From: a bacterium
Lineage (GTDB): Bacteria; Patescibacteriota; Patescibacteriia; SBBB01
Length of the DNA: 64,000 nucleotides
Assembly: GCA_005239895.1 (NCBI GenBank)
Contig: SBBB01000011.1
Span: 24,957-88,956, forward strand
Direction of reading: 5' to 3'
Part shown: positions 1 through 11,121 of the stretch, piece after piece
Layout: every line of letters begins with the position of its first letter
How positions within the stretch are numbered: the stretch's first letter is position 1
Notes under the pieces: model-generated
The model's database searches: none
Seen by the model: only the letters and a program-made list of their open reading frames with translations
Told to the model about the DNA's origin: nothing
Translations under genes and position numbers: made by a program

Positions 1-332
1 TATTTGGTGGTTAAAATTAAACTAATATGACAGGATCTTTTGCGAATAACATAAGCTCTTCCAAACGCACGCGGCTGCATTCTCTTTAAAGTCGATCCTT
101 GATTCACAATAACATTCTTTACATACAAATCATCTTTTTTGACTTTAAAGTTATGCTCAGCGTTGGCAATGGTAGAATTCAATAATTTTAATATAGGCTT
201 GGAAGCTTGTTTAACTATAAACACTAATTGAGATGTGGCATCTTTAACCGGTAACCCCTTAATAACCTGAGCTACTAAACGGGCCTTGCGAGCGGATATT
301 CTTAAATGATTTAATTTAGCTTTAATTTCCAT
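1..332 (-). CDS. rplV: 50S ribosomal protein L22 (runs off the window edge)
   Basis: Not in ORF track. Manual translation from ATG at 332: MEIKAKLNHLRISARKARLVA...NAEHNF...RAFGRAYVIRKRSCHI; follows rpsS. Confidence 0.93.
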   Translation of the reverse strand, partial: MEIKAKLNHLRISARKARLVAQVIKGLPVKDATSQLVFIVKQASKPILKLLNSTIANAEHNFKVKKDDLYVKNVIVNQGSTLKRMQPRAFGRAYVIRKRSCHISLILTTK

Positions 333-343
333 ATTTTAGAATA

Positions 344-652
344 TTATTTCTTAGTGTCAGCCGCGGCTTTTTTAGCGGCTTGTTCAGCCTCTTTCTGCAT
401 ACGACCACCGTGTTTAATAAATTTACGCGTAAAAGAAAACTCACCTAATTTATGTCCAACCATATTTTCAATAATTAAAACTGGAACATGAGTTTTACCA
501 TTGTGAACTCCAATTGTATACCCTACCATTTCAGGAATAATAGTACAATCTCTAGACCATGTTTTAATAATGGTTGGATCTCCCGTAGGCAATTTTTTAA
601 TTTTGTTTAACAACCTTTCGTCTATATAAGGACCTTTTTTAAGCGAACGCAT
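344..652 (-). CDS. rpsS: 30S ribosomal protein S19
   Basis: [26 protein letters not shown] motifs. Confidence 0.98.
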   Translation of the reverse strand: MRSLKKGPYIDERLLNKIKKLPTGDPTIIKTWSRDCTIIPEMVGYTIGVHNGKTHVPVLIIENMVGHKLGEFSFTRKFIKHGGRMQKEAEQAAKKAAADTKK

Positions 653-675
653 AATAATAAATCTTAAATCTTAAA

Positions 676-1530
676 TTAACGGTGTTTCTTTTTTCGGTGC
701 TGAACAATAAACTTGTTGGACATTTTATATTTCTTTCTAGTTTTTACACCCAAAGCTGGTTTACCGTAAACTGTTTTAGGACCAACTAAACCAACAGGCT
801 GATTACCTTCTCCCCCTCCATGCGGATGATCAATAGGATTCATGGCTTTGCCTCGAACTGTTGGTCGAAAACCCAATTTACGAATACGACCAGCCTTACC
901 CCAGCGAATATTTCTATGGTCCGAATTGCTTACCATGCCAATAGTGGCTAAACACTCTTTAGGTATAAATCTGATTTCCGTAGATGGCAAACGAACTTGC
1001 GCGTATTTCCCTTCAATACCCATTACCGAACATCCAACTCCTGCTCCTCGCACTAATTTTCCTCCGCACCCGGGTATTAATTCTACATTGTGTATCATAG
1101 TTCCAACGGGAATATGCTCTAATCTCATACGATTACCAACTTTGATTTCTAAAACATTTTGCGAAGTTTTAATAATATCATTTACAGATAATTTATCTGG
1201 AGCAATAATATATCTTTTTACATTTTTACCATCTAATGCATATTCCACTAAAGCTATGCGACTACTGCGACCAGGATCGTATTCAATGGAGCGCACGACA
1301 CCATCCGTATCCAAAAAATCTGTTTGTTTAAAATCAACAATTCTCAAGTACCTTTTAACACCACCACCTCTATGACGAACCGTAATTTTTCCTTGATTAT
1401 TACGACCAGCTAAAGACTTCTTTATTTTAATAAGACTCTTTTCCGGATGCGACTTAGTAATATCTGTAAAAGTATCTACAGATGAATTGCGTCTACCAGG
1501 TGATGTTGGTTTATAAATTCTAATTGGCAT
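676..1530 (-). CDS. rplB: 50S ribosomal protein L2
   Basis: [37 protein letters not shown]. Confidence 0.99.
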   Translation of the reverse strand: MPIRIYKPTSPGRRNSSVDTFTDITKSHPEKSLIKIKKSLAGRNNQGKITVRHRGGGVKRYLRIVDFKQTDFLDTDGVVRSIEYDPGRSSRIALVEYALDGKNVKRYIIAPDKLSVNDIIKTSQNVLEIKVGNRMRLEHIPVGTMIHNVELIPGCGGKLVRGAGVGCSVMGIEGKYAQVRLPSTEIRFIPKECLATIGMVSNSDHRNIRWGKAGRIRKLGFRPTVRGKAMNPIDHPHGGGEGNQPVGLVGPKTVYGKPALGVKTRKKYKMSNKFIVQHRKKKHR

Positions 1531-1550
1531 ATAATAAGATTTAAGATTTC

Positions 1551-1585
1551 CTCCTTCGCTCCTAACGGAGCTACGAAGGACAAGT
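1551..1585. repeat. REP-like imperfect palindrome, family C copy 1
   Basis: ctccttcgct...gctacgaaggacaagt; its reverse complement matches both ends of 5371-5433. Confidence 0.7.
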
Positions 1586-1596
1586 ATGATTTATTA

Positions 1597-1640
1597 TTTT
1601 AACTTTTAACTTTTAACTTTCTACTTTTTACTTTCTAACT
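1597..1640. repeat. Degenerate heptamer tandem repeat (TTTTAAC/TTTCTAC)
   Basis: ttttaac x3 followed by tttctac, tttttac, tttctaac directly after the rplW stop. Confidence 0.8.
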
Positions 1641-2033
1641 TTATAACTGTTTCAGCACCTCTCCAGTTTTTAAGGTTACATAAGCTTTTTTCCAATCACT
1701 GCGCTTGCTGCTTTTTCTTCCTCGATAAACTTTCTTGCCTAACATATGTATAATATTAACAGCCGTAGGGGTTACACCATAAAGTTTTTTAATCTCTTTT
1801 TTAACTTCAATTTTATTAGCCTTCAAAGCAATCTCAAACATATAACAATTATTTTTGTTCAACATTGTAACTTTTTCCGTGGCTAAATTCTTGATTAAAA
1901 TTTGAGAATTTAGTTTAGCATCCTTAGTAGTGGTTGGTTGAACTTGAGACTTGGTTACAGTTGTGTCTGGCGTTAAGGGCTTAACGTCAGGTTGTTTTTT
2001 ATTAGTTTTTTTAAAAGCATTCCAAAACGCCAT
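1641..2033 (-). CDS. rplW: 50S ribosomal protein L23 with N-terminal extension
   Basis: TEK...ANKIEVK...WKKAYVTL core; position in S10 operon. Confidence 0.95.
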   Translation of the reverse strand: MAFWNAFKKTNKKQPDVKPLTPDTTVTKSQVQPTTTKDAKLNSQILIKNLATEKVTMLNKNNCYMFEIALKANKIEVKKEIKKLYGVTPTAVNIIHMLGKKVYRGRKSSKRSDWKKAYVTLKTGEVLKQL

Positions 2034-2039
2034 ATAATA

Positions 2040-2708
2040 TTAGGAATTCGTAGATTTACCTTGTAACTTAATTTCTAAAGCTTTCAGAGCTTCCAAGGGA
2101 AGCATTAAATATTTAGATTTTAATATAGCTCCTAAATTTAATCTATCTATAACACAAGTTTTTACATTTGGCAAGTTTTGAGAGGCTTTAATAATATAAT
2201 CTTCCCGGGGACTTAAAGTTAATAAAACCTTGGACAGTTTATTGTCAATACATCCATTAGTTATAAAATTCTGAATCAAATTAGCCATAATTTTAGTTTT
2301 GGGCGGAAAAGCAACTTCTATCTTATCTAAAATAATTAAACGCTTATTTAAAGCTTTGTCCGTCAAAGACATTAACAGCGCTTGGTGTTTCATTTTTTTG
2401 TTTATTTTTTGAGTATAATTTCGATCGGATCGAGGTCCAAATACAATTCCTCCACCCTTCCATTGAGGAGCTCTAATAGAACCTTGTCTAGCGCGACCAG
2501 TTCCTTTTTGCTTCCAAGGTTTGCGTCCACCGCCTTGCACTTCCGAACGAATCTTGGTGTGCGCTACAGTAGGCCTAGCATTGGCCATTTGAGCCCGAAT
2601 AGCCTGATGCACTAAAGCTGGATTCATTTTTATACCAAAAATATTAGCCTTAAGATCATAAGACCCCACAGACTCACCTTTCTGATTATAAATATTAAAA
2701 CTTATCAT
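2040..2708 (-). CDS. rplD: 50S ribosomal protein L4
   Basis: GGGRKPWKQKGTGRARQGSIRAPQWKGGG. Confidence 0.98.
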   Translation of the reverse strand: MISFNIYNQKGESVGSYDLKANIFGIKMNPALVHQAIRAQMANARPTVAHTKIRSEVQGGGRKPWKQKGTGRARQGSIRAPQWKGGGIVFGPRSDRNYTQKINKKMKHQALLMSLTDKALNKRLIILDKIEVAFPPKTKIMANLIQNFITNGCIDNKLSKVLLTLSPREDYIIKASQNLPNVKTCVIDRLNLGAILKSKYLMLPLEALKALEIKLQGKSTNS

Positions 2709-2712
2709 ATAT

Positions 2713-3321
2713 TTAGATCGCGGATTTAATTTTTACTAATCCGGTTTTAGCTCCGGGAATACCACCTTTTAACATTAATAAATTTTTTTCAATATCAATT
2801 TTAACAATACGCGTATTTTTAATCGTAATTTGATCGCATCCCATTCTACCACCCATGCGCGTGCCTTTTAAAACGTGCTGCATACCACCGGCCCCAATAG
2901 CTCCAGGCATTCTTAAATTATCTTTATGACCATGTGAAGCTGGCCCTCCTGCAAAATGGTGCCTTCTAACCACTCCCTGAAATCCTTTACCCTTAGATAC
3001 ACCCGTAACATTAACAACATCTCCAACTTTAAAAACACTGACATCTATTTTGTCTCCCACATTTAACGCAGATCCATCGTCAATTTTAAATTCTTTTAAA
3101 TAACGAAAATTTCCTGCGCCTTTTAAGTGCCCTAAAATTGGTTTGGTAATTGTTTTTTTATTTCCAAAACCAAATTGAACCGCTTGATATTTGTCTTTAT
3201 CCATGGTTTTAACTTGGGTAACAGTTATAGGACCAGCTTTCACAATTGTAACAGGTATAACCTTACCATTATCATCAAATATCTGAGACATTTTAATTTT
3301 CTCTCCTAAAATAAATTTCAT
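2713..3321 (-). CDS. rplC: 50S ribosomal protein L3
   Basis: SKGKGFQGVVRRH, GPASHG, MGGRMG. Confidence 0.98.
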   Translation of the reverse strand: MKFILGEKIKMSQIFDDNGKVIPVTIVKAGPITVTQVKTMDKDKYQAVQFGFGNKKTITKPILGHLKGAGNFRYLKEFKIDDGSALNVGDKIDVSVFKVGDVVNVTGVSKGKGFQGVVRRHHFAGGPASHGHKDNLRMPGAIGAGGMQHVLKGTRMGGRMGCDQITIKNTRIVKIDIEKNLLMLKGGIPGAKTGLVKIKSAI

Positions 3322-3374
3322 AAATAAGTCCTAAAGCACTTAATAAATACTAGATTAAACTCTTTTTAACCCAA

Positions 3375-3486
3375 AAAACACCACGTTCCTCTCGTTTATT
3401 AGATTCAATATATAATACTAGATATTCACCAAATAATCAAGACTATCTAGATTATACAAAAATACACGAGATAAATATGGTGTTTT
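3375..3486 (-). promoter_or_regulatory. ~110-nt hairpin in rpsJ-rplC spacer (candidate leader/attenuator)
   Basis: Nested stems aaaacacca/tggtgtttt, tctcgt/acgaga, ctagata/tatctag; ends in U-run on minus strand. Confidence 0.5.
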
Positions 3487-3976
3487 ATATCTTAATGTCA
3501 ATATGCACACCAGCTGGTAAATTTAAATTCATTAGAGCTGTTGTCAATTGAGCATTGGGTTCTAAAATATCAATCAATCTTTTGTGGGTTCTAATTTCAT
3601 ACTGTTCACGTGAATCTTTATGAACAAATGGCGAACGCAAAACCGTATACTTCTTAATATGAGTTGGCAAGGGTATAGGACCAGCAATTTTGGCCCCATT
3701 GCGCATAGCGGTTTCTATAATATTTTGACAAGAATGATCAAGAATTTTATGATCATAAGCCTGTAATTTAATCCTAATCTTGGGTGTACCATTTTCAGTT
3801 TCTACCTTAGCTTGAGTTTTAGACGCAACTTCCGTATTAACAACAGAACTACTACTATCTTTAAAATCTAAATAAGAACTTTTTGGATTCTTTTTTTTAG
3901 ATTTCTCGGTTATAGATTTGGTCTTAATGTTTTTTTTAATCCCCTTATCTTTGTTTTCGATTTTCATGATGACCAT
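3485..3976 (-). CDS. rpsJ: 30S ribosomal protein S10 with Lys/Ser-rich N-terminal extension
   Basis: [31 protein letters not shown]; start codon uncertain. Confidence 0.96.
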   Translation of the reverse strand: MVIMKIENKDKGIKKNIKTKSITEKSKKKNPKSSYLDFKDSSSSVVNTEVASKTQAKVETENGTPKIRIKLQAYDHKILDHSCQNIIETAMRNGAKIAGPIPLPTHIKKYTVLRSPFVHKDSREQYEIRTHKRLIDILEPNAQLTTALMNLNLPAGVHIDIKI

Positions 3977-4014
3977 AATTCTAATAAATTGTCAAAAATC
4001 TCATGTTAAATTTT

Positions 4015-5205
4015 TTATTTAATAATCTTAGTTACAACACCCGCGCCAACCGTATGACCGCCTTCTCGAATAGCAAATCTTTGTTTTTCTTCCAAAGCAA
4101 TAGGCGTAATTAATTTAACTTTTACATTTACAGTGTCACCGGGCATAACCATTTCAACATTAGCTGGTAAATCAATTTCACCAGTTACATCCGTGGTGCG
4201 AATATAAAACTGAGGTTTATAGCCTTTAAAAAATGGTTTATGTCTGCCACCTTCGTTTTGAGTAAGAATATAGGTTTCAGATTCAAATTCAGTGTGAGGA
4301 GTAATAGTTCCTGGTTTAACTAAGACTTGTCCTCTCTGAACATCTTCTTTTTTAATACCTCTTAATAAAATACCAGCATTGTCTCCGGCGCGACCTTCGT
4401 CTAATTGTTTATTAAACATTTCAATACCTATAACCACGGTTTGCTGCGTATCTCTAATGCCCACAATTTCTACGGGGTCATTGAGTTTAATTAGACCGCG
4501 CTCAATTCTACCAGTTACAACTGTACCGCGCCCTTCAATAGAAAAAACATCTTCAATAGACATTAAAAACGGTTTTTCAACATCCCTCTGAGGAACGGGA
4601 ATATATTCGTCCACAGCTTTTATTAAATCTAAAACAGGCTGAGCATCTGGACCCGTAGAATTTTCTAAGGCCTTTAAAGCTGAACCTCTAATAATTGGCA
4701 AAGTATCACCAGGAAAATCATATTTCTTTAATAAATCCTTAATATCTTCGACAACAAAGTCTATTAATTCTTGTTCTTTAACCATGTCAACTTTATTCAA
4801 AAAAACTACTAAATATGGTACACCTACCTGTCTAGCTAAAAGAATATGTTCACGAGTCTGAGGCATAGGACCATCTGTGGCTGAAACCACTAAAATGGCG
4901 CCATCCATTTGAGCCGCGCCCGTAATCATATTTTTTACATAATCAGCATGACCCGGACAATCTATGTGAGCATAGTGTCTAGTATCAGATTCGTATTCAA
5001 CATGAGCCGTAGCAATAGTAATACCTCTCGCCCTCTCTTCAGGAGCATTGTCAATTTGATCAATTTTTTTATCTTGAGCTTTTTTACCAGCGCTACGCAA
5101 GACTTGTAGAATAGCCGCGGTTAAGGTTGTTTTACCATGATCAACATGACCTATAGTACCAATATTAAGATGAGGTTTGGAACGATCAAATTTTTCATTT
5201 GCCAT
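4015..5205 (-). CDS. tuf: Elongation factor Tu
   Basis: [26 protein letters not shown]. Confidence 0.99.
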   Translation of the reverse strand: MANEKFDRSKPHLNIGTIGHVDHGKTTLTAAILQVLRSAGKKAQDKKIDQIDNAPEERARGITIATAHVEYESDTRHYAHIDCPGHADYVKNMITGAAQMDGAILVVSATDGPMPQTREHILLARQVGVPYLVVFLNKVDMVKEQELIDFVVEDIKDLLKKYDFPGDTLPIIRGSALKALENSTGPDAQPVLDLIKAVDEYIPVPQRDVEKPFLMSIEDVFSIEGRGTVVTGRIERGLIKLNDPVEIVGIRDTQQTVVIGIEMFNKQLDEGRAGDNAGILLRGIKKEDVQRGQVLVKPGTITPHTEFESETYILTQNEGGRHKPFFKGYKPQFYIRTTDVTGEIDLPANVEMVMPGDTVNVKVKLITPIALEEKQRFAIREGGHTVGAGVVTKIIK

Positions 5206-5253
5206 ATATTTATTAGATTATTTTAAATTTTAAAAATTAGAAAGACAAAATAT

Positions 5254-5282
5254 ATATTACCATAGATAAAAATTCCAGTCAA
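5254..5282 (-). promoter_or_regulatory. Putative sigma70 promoter for tuf
   Basis: TTGACT-17 nt-TAATAT on minus strand; DnaA-box-like TTATCCACA at 5298-5306. Confidence 0.55.
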
Positions 5283-5370
5283 TAGCTAAAAAATACTTTA
5301 TCCACAAGACTTTCTCCACCAAAATTTAATCAGTAATCAGTAACTCGTAAATCAGTAAACCGTAAATCTT

Positions 5371-5433
5371 ACTTGTCCTCCGTAGCCCTCGCCGTTACGA
5401 AGCCGCTATGGCGAAGTACGGTTAGCGAAGGAG
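5371..5433. repeat. REP-like palindrome, family C copy 2, with internal insertion
   Basis: acttgtcctccgtagc...agcgaaggag. Confidence 0.7.
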
Positions 5434-5453
5434 AAAACCCTAAACCCTAAATT

Positions 5454-7544
5454 CTAAATCCTATTCTCTTCTTTCTTAGCATTGGTTATTTCATCTACAA
5501 CATTTTTAGGAACCTCGCAATATTCACTAAACTCCATATTATAACTACCACGACCTTGGGTTAAAGATCGCAACTGGGTCGCGTAACCAAACATATTTGA
5601 CAGGGGTATAATACTATCAATAACTTTAATATTAGCCCTATCACCTATATTTTTAATTTGTCCGCGCTTACTATTTAAATCTCCAATAATTTCACCTAAA
5701 AATTGATCAGGAACCACAACCTCAACTTGCATTATGGGTTCTAATAATATGGGATGAGCTTTACGTACTGCAGCTTGCAAAGCCATGGCTCCAGCAATTT
5801 TAAAAGCAATTTCCGAAGAATCAACTTCGTGATAAGAACCATCATATAAAGTAACTCTAATATCAACCAAGGGATATTCAGCTATAACTCCTTTTTGCAA
5901 AGCTTCTTTAACTCCTTTTTCAATAGCGGGAATATATTCTTTAGGAACAACCCCACCTTTTATACTATCCACAAATTCAAAACCTTGACCCCGACTTAAA
6001 GATTCAACTTTTAACCAACAATGACCATACTGTCCTCTACCGCCGGATTGTCGTATATATTTACCCTCAGCTTCGGCTGTATCTAAAATAGTTTCTTTAT
6101 ACGCCACCCGAGGATTACCAACATTAACATCCACATTAAATTCTCGTTTCATACGATCAATAATAATTTCCAAATGCAATTCTCCCATTCCCGAAAGAAT
6201 GGTTTGCAAGGTTTCATTGTCCGTGTGTATTCTTAAAGTCGGATCTTCGCTCGCCAACTTGGACAAAGCCACGCTAATCTTTTCTTGGTCAGCTTTAGTT
6301 TTGGGTTCAACCGCAATACTGATTACCGGATCGGGAAAAGTAATAGATTCCAAGACAATTAAATTTTCAGGATCGCATAAAGTATGTCCAGTTAAAGTAT
6401 TTTTTAAACCCACGGCCGCGGCTATGTCTCCCGCGTAAACATCGGAAATATCTTCCCGAGTATTAGCATGCAAACGAACGATTCTACCTATGCGTTCCGT
6501 TTCATTTATGGATGAATTATACACATAAGAACCAGCTGCTAAATGTCCGCTATACACTCTAAAAAAACATAATTTACCAATAAACGGATCAGTAGCTAAT
6601 TTAAAAACTAAACCTGTAAATGGTTCGCTGTCCGATGTCTGTCTTATCATTTTAGAGTTATCTTTAGGATTAGTGCCTTCCGTAGATTTAATATCTAGAG
6701 GAGAGGGTAAATAGTCTACCACAGCATCTAGTAAAAATTGCACACCTTTGTTTTTTAAAGCTGCTCCGCACAGTACAGGAATAATTTTTATATCTAAGAC
6801 TGCTTTTCTTAAAACGGTCTTTAAAGTATCTATAGAAATCTTATCTACCTCACCCGCTAAATACATTTCCATTAAAGCATTGTCTTGTTCCACAATTTTT
6901 TCTATTAAACGCAATCTATATTCTTCAACCATGGACTTCAAATCCTCGGGAATAGCGCGCTCTTCAAAACGAGTGCCTAAATCATCTAAATAAAAAATAG
7001 CTTTCCTTTCAATTAAATCAATAATACCTTGAAATTTATCTTCCGCTCCAATAGGCAATTGCATTAAATACGCGTCTTTGGTTAAACGCTCTTGAATGGA
7101 TGCAAAACTACCCAAAAAATTAGCCCCCAAACGATCCATTTTATTAATAAAACAAATTCGAGGCACGCGAAATTTATCAGCTTGATGCCAAACAGTTTCC
7201 GACTGAGGCTCAACTCCAGCTACGCCATCAAAAACCACAACTCCGCCATCCAACACTCTTAAAGAGCGCTGAACTTCCACGGTAAAATCAATATGGCCGG
7301 GCGTGTCTATAAGATTAAGTCGATGACTTTTCCAAAAACAAGTTGTAGCTGCGGCAGTAATGGTAATACCGCGCTCGCGCTCTTGCTCCATCCAATCCAT
7401 AGTAGCTTCACCTTCATGAACTTCACCAATTTTGTGTTTTTTACCTGTATAAAAAAGAATGCGTTCGGAAACTGTAGTTTTTCCAGCGTCTATGTGGGCA
7501 ATGATGCCAAAATTTCTAGTTTGCTCTAAAGAATATTCACGCAT
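5454..7544 (-). CDS. fusA: Elongation factor G
   Basis: [34 protein letters not shown]. Confidence 0.99.
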   Translation of the reverse strand: MREYSLEQTRNFGIIAHIDAGKTTVSERILFYTGKKHKIGEVHEGEATMDWMEQERERGITITAAATTCFWKSHRLNLIDTPGHIDFTVEVQRSLRVLDGGVVVFDGVAGVEPQSETVWHQADKFRVPRICFINKMDRLGANFLGSFASIQERLTKDAYLMQLPIGAEDKFQGIIDLIERKAIFYLDDLGTRFEERAIPEDLKSMVEEYRLRLIEKIVEQDNALMEMYLAGEVDKISIDTLKTVLRKAVLDIKIIPVLCGAALKNKGVQFLLDAVVDYLPSPLDIKSTEGTNPKDNSKMIRQTSDSEPFTGLVFKLATDPFIGKLCFFRVYSGHLAAGSYVYNSSINETERIGRIVRLHANTREDISDVYAGDIAAAVGLKNTLTGHTLCDPENLIVLESITFPDPVISIAVEPKTKADQEKISVALSKLASEDPTLRIHTDNETLQTILSGMGELHLEIIIDRMKREFNVDVNVGNPRVAYKETILDTAEAEGKYIRQSGGRGQYGHCWLKVESLSRGQGFEFVDSIKGGVVPKEYIPAIEKGVKEALQKGVIAEYPLVDIRVTLYDGSYHEVDSSEIAFKIAGAMALQAAVRKAHPILLEPIMQVEVVVPDQFLGEIIGDLNSKRGQIKNIGDRANIKVIDSIIPLSNMFGYATQLRSLTQGRGSYNMEFSEYCEVPKNVVDEITNAKKEENRI

Positions 7545-7546
7545 AT

Positions 7547-8038
7547 CTATACTTTGCTAACTGGTTTCTTAAAGCGTAAAAAATGAGCAAACGCTTTGTT
7601 GGCTTCAGCCATACGATGCGTATCTTGTTTCTTTTTGATGGCTACACCTATACCATTTAACACATCTAACATTTCTTGCGCTAACTTTTCTTGCATAGGT
7701 TTACCTTTACGCTCCCGCGCAGCATTAATCAACCAACGAAAGGCTAACATATATCTTCGTCTACCACTAACAGGCATGGGTATTTGATAATTAGCTCCTC
7801 CAATACGCCTACTACGCACCTCTAATAAAGGCGTAAGCGCTTTGACAACTTTATCAAACACTTCCAAGGGTTCTTGTTTAGAACGCTCCTTAACAATATC
7901 TAAAGCATTATAAACAATTTTTTGAGCCACGGTTTTTTTACCTCTTTGCATTATATAGTTAATAAATTTTCCCAGATCTACATTTTGAAATTTATAATCC
8001 GGAGCAATATTTCTTTTTGGAACTTGACCACTGCGCAT
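7547..8038 (-). CDS. rpsG: 30S ribosomal protein S7
   Basis: [27 protein letters not shown]. Confidence 0.98.
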   Translation of the reverse strand: MRSGQVPKRNIAPDYKFQNVDLGKFINYIMQRGKKTVAQKIVYNALDIVKERSKQEPLEVFDKVVKALTPLLEVRSRRIGGANYQIPMPVSGRRRYMLAFRWLINAARERKGKPMQEKLAQEMLDVLNGIGVAIKKKQDTHRMAEANKAFAHFLRFKKPVSKV

Positions 8039-8058
8039 AATAAAAAATTAAAATAAAA

Positions 8059-8484
8059 TTAGGTTTTTTGTTTAGGTTTTTTAACACCATAAAGAGATCT
8101 ACCTCTTCTACGATCCGCAACGCCTTGAGTGTCATACACACCTCTAACAATGTGGTAACGCACACCCGGTAAATCTTTAACTCTTCCACCTCTAATTAAA
8201 ACCACAGAATGTTCTTGCAAATTATGACCAATTCCAGGAATATACGCTGTCACTTCCATTCCATTAGATAAACGAACTCTGGCTATTTTACGCAAAGCTG
8301 AGTTTGGTTTTTTGGGTGTAGTTGTGGTTACTTTTAAACAAACTCCACGCTTAAATGGACTACCTTTAGGCAATCTATTTTCTACGCGCTTTAAAGTATT
8401 AAAAACTGTCATTAAAGCTGGAGATTTAGATTTTTTAGTTTTAGATGTTCTGCCGTAACGTAATAATTGATTAATTGTGGGCAT
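8059..8484 (-). CDS. rpsL: 30S ribosomal protein S12
   Basis: [29 protein letters not shown]. Confidence 0.99.
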   Translation of the reverse strand: MPTINQLLRYGRTSKTKKSKSPALMTVFNTLKRVENRLPKGSPFKRGVCLKVTTTTPKKPNSALRKIARVRLSNGMEVTAYIPGIGHNLQEHSVVLIRGGRVKDLPGVRYHIVRGVYDTQGVADRRRGRSLYGVKKPKQKT

Positions 8485-8510
8485 AATTAAATAAAAAATG
8501 AGACTTTTGA

Positions 8511-8539
8511 ATTATATAATATCTAAAAACATAAGTCAA
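8511..8539 (-). promoter_or_regulatory. Putative sigma70 promoter of str operon
   Basis: TTGACT-17 nt-TATAAT on minus strand; the -35 lies inside palindrome 8532-8565. Confidence 0.65.
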
Positions 8540-8565
8540 GGATTGCAGCGCGCATCCTTGACTTA
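8532..8565. repeat. Palindrome taagtcaaggat-N10-atccttgactta
   Basis: Perfect 12-bp inverted repeat. Confidence 0.7.
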
Positions 8566-8604
8566 GTCAAAAAAGGGTTTAAACCATTAATAAGCATAAT
8601 GATT

Positions 8605-10914
8605 TTAAGGGCTTGTAATTTTAAATTCATCAAACAAAATATTTACTTGGCCATAAGTATCAACAGCCAAACCAGCGTCTCCCGCATTAGTAATCGGACT
8701 AGATACATCTGTATAGGTAATACGAAGATCTTGTTCAGGTAATGGTATAGTAGTACCAAGATAAACCTTTAAAGTAACAGTCTCTGGAGGTCCAGCATTA
8801 GTTGTAGATGTTAATTTTAGCCAAACATAACTATTCAAATCTCCAGATATATTAGAAATAACAACTTCGTCTAATTTCTGACTAACACCATTTATTCTTT
8901 TATATAAAGATAATTTATCCGTAATAGCATTAAAAAACGCGTAATAACCATTTGAATCTAAGTTAGGAGCCAGGGTGTTTATGTCATCAATAACAAACTC
9001 GCAACCAATTCCCGTACTAGATACACATCCTGTACCAACAGCTTTAGTAATATACGCATATGATCCATCAATCGCTACACTCTTTCCATTCGTATCCAAA
9101 TCTTGTCCAGCTTTATATGTAACAGTAGTTGTGGGTGTTGTCACGTCAAAAACGCGCAATTCACAACCTGTTGATGTTGCATTGCTGCAAGTACCTGTGT
9201 TTGTATCACTAACCACATAAGCATAAACTACAGGATTAGAAGTCAAACCTTTGGCTACATATACTCCATTAGCATTAACACCTAAATCAAAACCATTTTT
9301 ATAAACTGAATTCGTTGCAGAAGAAACATCATGCACTAATAATTCACAACCCGTAGAAGTGGATGTGTCACAAGGTCCTGCAACCGCATTTCTAACTATG
9401 TAAGCATAATCACCATAAATATAAGCACCATTGCCAGGATCACTGGTTAAATTAATAGAACTATAAAATGGTCGCGGTATAGTGGTTGAACTGGCGTCAA
9501 ATATTGTAAATTCACAACCAACTGAAGTTGGGGAGGGTGTACAGTCTGCAGTACTAAATGGCCTAGATACATATATATAACTACATCCATAGGGAGCAAC
9601 TCCAGTAGCAGGACCACCCAAATCAACCCCACTATCAAATGAAAGCGTAGGCTTACTATTAACATCCATTCCTATTTTATAAATAATAAGTTCACAACCT
9701 GTGGGACCAGAACCACAGGTCGTGGTATTTTCATCTGTAGCCACATGAACATAATCACCTTCTATATAAATACCCTTGGCACTAGCGCCTAAGCTTTGAC
9801 CAGTAACAAAAGTTGGATTAGTAGAAGAAGCAATATCAAAAACACTCAACTCACATCCAGTCGAAGTTGTGGTATCGCAAGTACCAGTATTATTATCTTT
9901 CACTACAAAAGCATATTGACCTTTTATAAACACACCATTACCAGTGGTGTTTAAATCAAAACCACCTCTAGTTGCAACAGCTGGTGTTGAAGTTGGCGGC
10001 GTGTAATCAAATCTACGAGTCACAATACCCATATTAGTTGGCAAGATATTGTCATTATTATTTATAGCAACTTGAACTGAATAATTAGCTGATGTAGTTG
10101 CAACCTGCACAGCAGCTGGGGGAACATTTACAGTATTAAACCCTTCAGAAAAAACAAACTCTGCCGCACCTGGAGTTGTGGGAGTAGCAACACCCGGTAC
10201 AACTACTCCACTTGTACTTGCCACAGAAAATGTTCCTGATCTAGGAGTCACAAAACTGGTCGAAGGAGTAGCAGTATTGACCAAGGTAGAAGCTGCTGCT
10301 CTATTAAAAGTATCTGTGAATACTGGTGCTGGGGGTGGAGCCAAGGAACCACCTGAAACATTTTCTGCTTCTGTATCACAGGGTGCTGAAGTAATACCAT
10401 CTTGAGTGGCAAGATAACAACCAGCTTTATAAGTTCCAACTCCAGATTCAAGCGCAAATTTTATCCGATATTTATCCAATTCAGTTGTACCAGTAACTGG
10501 ATCAGTTTGGCTATACATATAACCACCCATTTTACCATTGGGTTGAGGATTTTTAGGAACAACTTCCATATAATGAACTCCATCATCCGTACCACCAGCA
10601 GCCACAAAACCACTGTCAGACAACACAACGCAATTAGTATTACCCAAACCTGACGCTGTGGTGGTAGTAGCATTACATACGCCTGTTGTATCAGCTGGAG
10701 CAGGTGGGTACTTCTGATTCGTATTAAAATATTGAGCTAAAGCAGCTTGAAATTGTTTAACATCTGCTAATCTTTTACTGTCCCTAGACACAGCGCGCAC
10801 CCTATTCACAGCAACCATACTTATACCAGCTAATATACCAACAATGGCTATTACTACTAATAATTCAATTAAAGTAAAACCTAATTGAAATTTAATATAT
10901 TTTTTAGTGCTCAT
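8605..10914 (-). CDS. Large type IV pilin/pseudopilin-like adhesin with six LVIVD-like beta-propeller repeats
   Basis: Prepilin motif G|FTLIELLVVIAIVGILA, RDSKRLADVKQ helix, Pro/Thr linker, six repeats ending C-x6-8-GCE(L/F). Confidence 0.85.
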   Translation of the reverse strand: MSTKKYIKFQLGFTLIELLVVIAIVGILAGISMVAVNRVRAVSRDSKRLADVKQFQAALAQYFNTNQKYPPAPADTTGVCNATTTTASGLGNTNCVVLSDSGFVAAGGTDDGVHYMEVVPKNPQPNGKMGGYMYSQTDPVTGTTELDKYRIKFALESGVGTYKAGCYLATQDGITSAPCDTEAENVSGGSLAPPPAPVFTDTFNRAAASTLVNTATPSTSFVTPRSGTFSVASTSGVVVPGVATPTTPGAAEFVFSEGFNTVNVPPAAVQVATTSANYSVQVAINNNDNILPTNMGIVTRRFDYTPPTSTPAVATRGGFDLNTTGNGVFIKGQYAFVVKDNNTGTCDTTTSTGCELSVFDIASSTNPTFVTGQSLGASAKGIYIEGDYVHVATDENTTTCGSGPTGCELIIYKIGMDVNSKPTLSFDSGVDLGGPATGVAPYGCSYIYVSRPFSTADCTPSPTSVGCEFTIFDASSTTIPRPFYSSINLTSDPGNGAYIYGDYAYIVRNAVAGPCDTSTSTGCELLVHDVSSATNSVYKNGFDLGVNANGVYVAKGLTSNPVVYAYVVSDTNTGTCSNATSTGCELRVFDVTTPTTTVTYKAGQDLDTNGKSVAIDGSYAYITKAVGTGCVSSTGIGCEFVIDDINTLAPNLDSNGYYAFFNAITDKLSLYKRINGVSQKLDEVVISNISGDLNSYVWLKLTSTTNAGPPETVTLKVYLGTTIPLPEQDLRITYTDVSSPITNAGDAGLAVDTYGQVNILFDEFKITSP

Positions 10915-11121
10915 ATTTTAATAACGTAAAAATATAATTAAGGTATTATAAAAAATAAAAATTAATATTAGAAATATTATAACACAATTTTTTGAGTATA
11001 AACAGAAAAAAACTCTAGAAGATATCCACAGGAAGAAAGTTGAAAGTTTATCAAGTTATAAAGTTTAACCATCTCACTTTGTCATTCCCTACCATTAAAA
11101 GATCGCCTGAAAATAAATACA

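Noticed and set aside
5298-5306. oriC from DnaA-box-like TTATCCACA (also 37632-37640)
   Set aside because: Isolated single boxes, no cluster and no dnaA/dnaN in the window
842-7787. Antisense ORFs within rplB, tuf, fusA and rpsG (likewise dnaK, gyrB, murA and 62071-63057)
   Set aside because: Opposite-strand shadows of conserved genes with no independent signals
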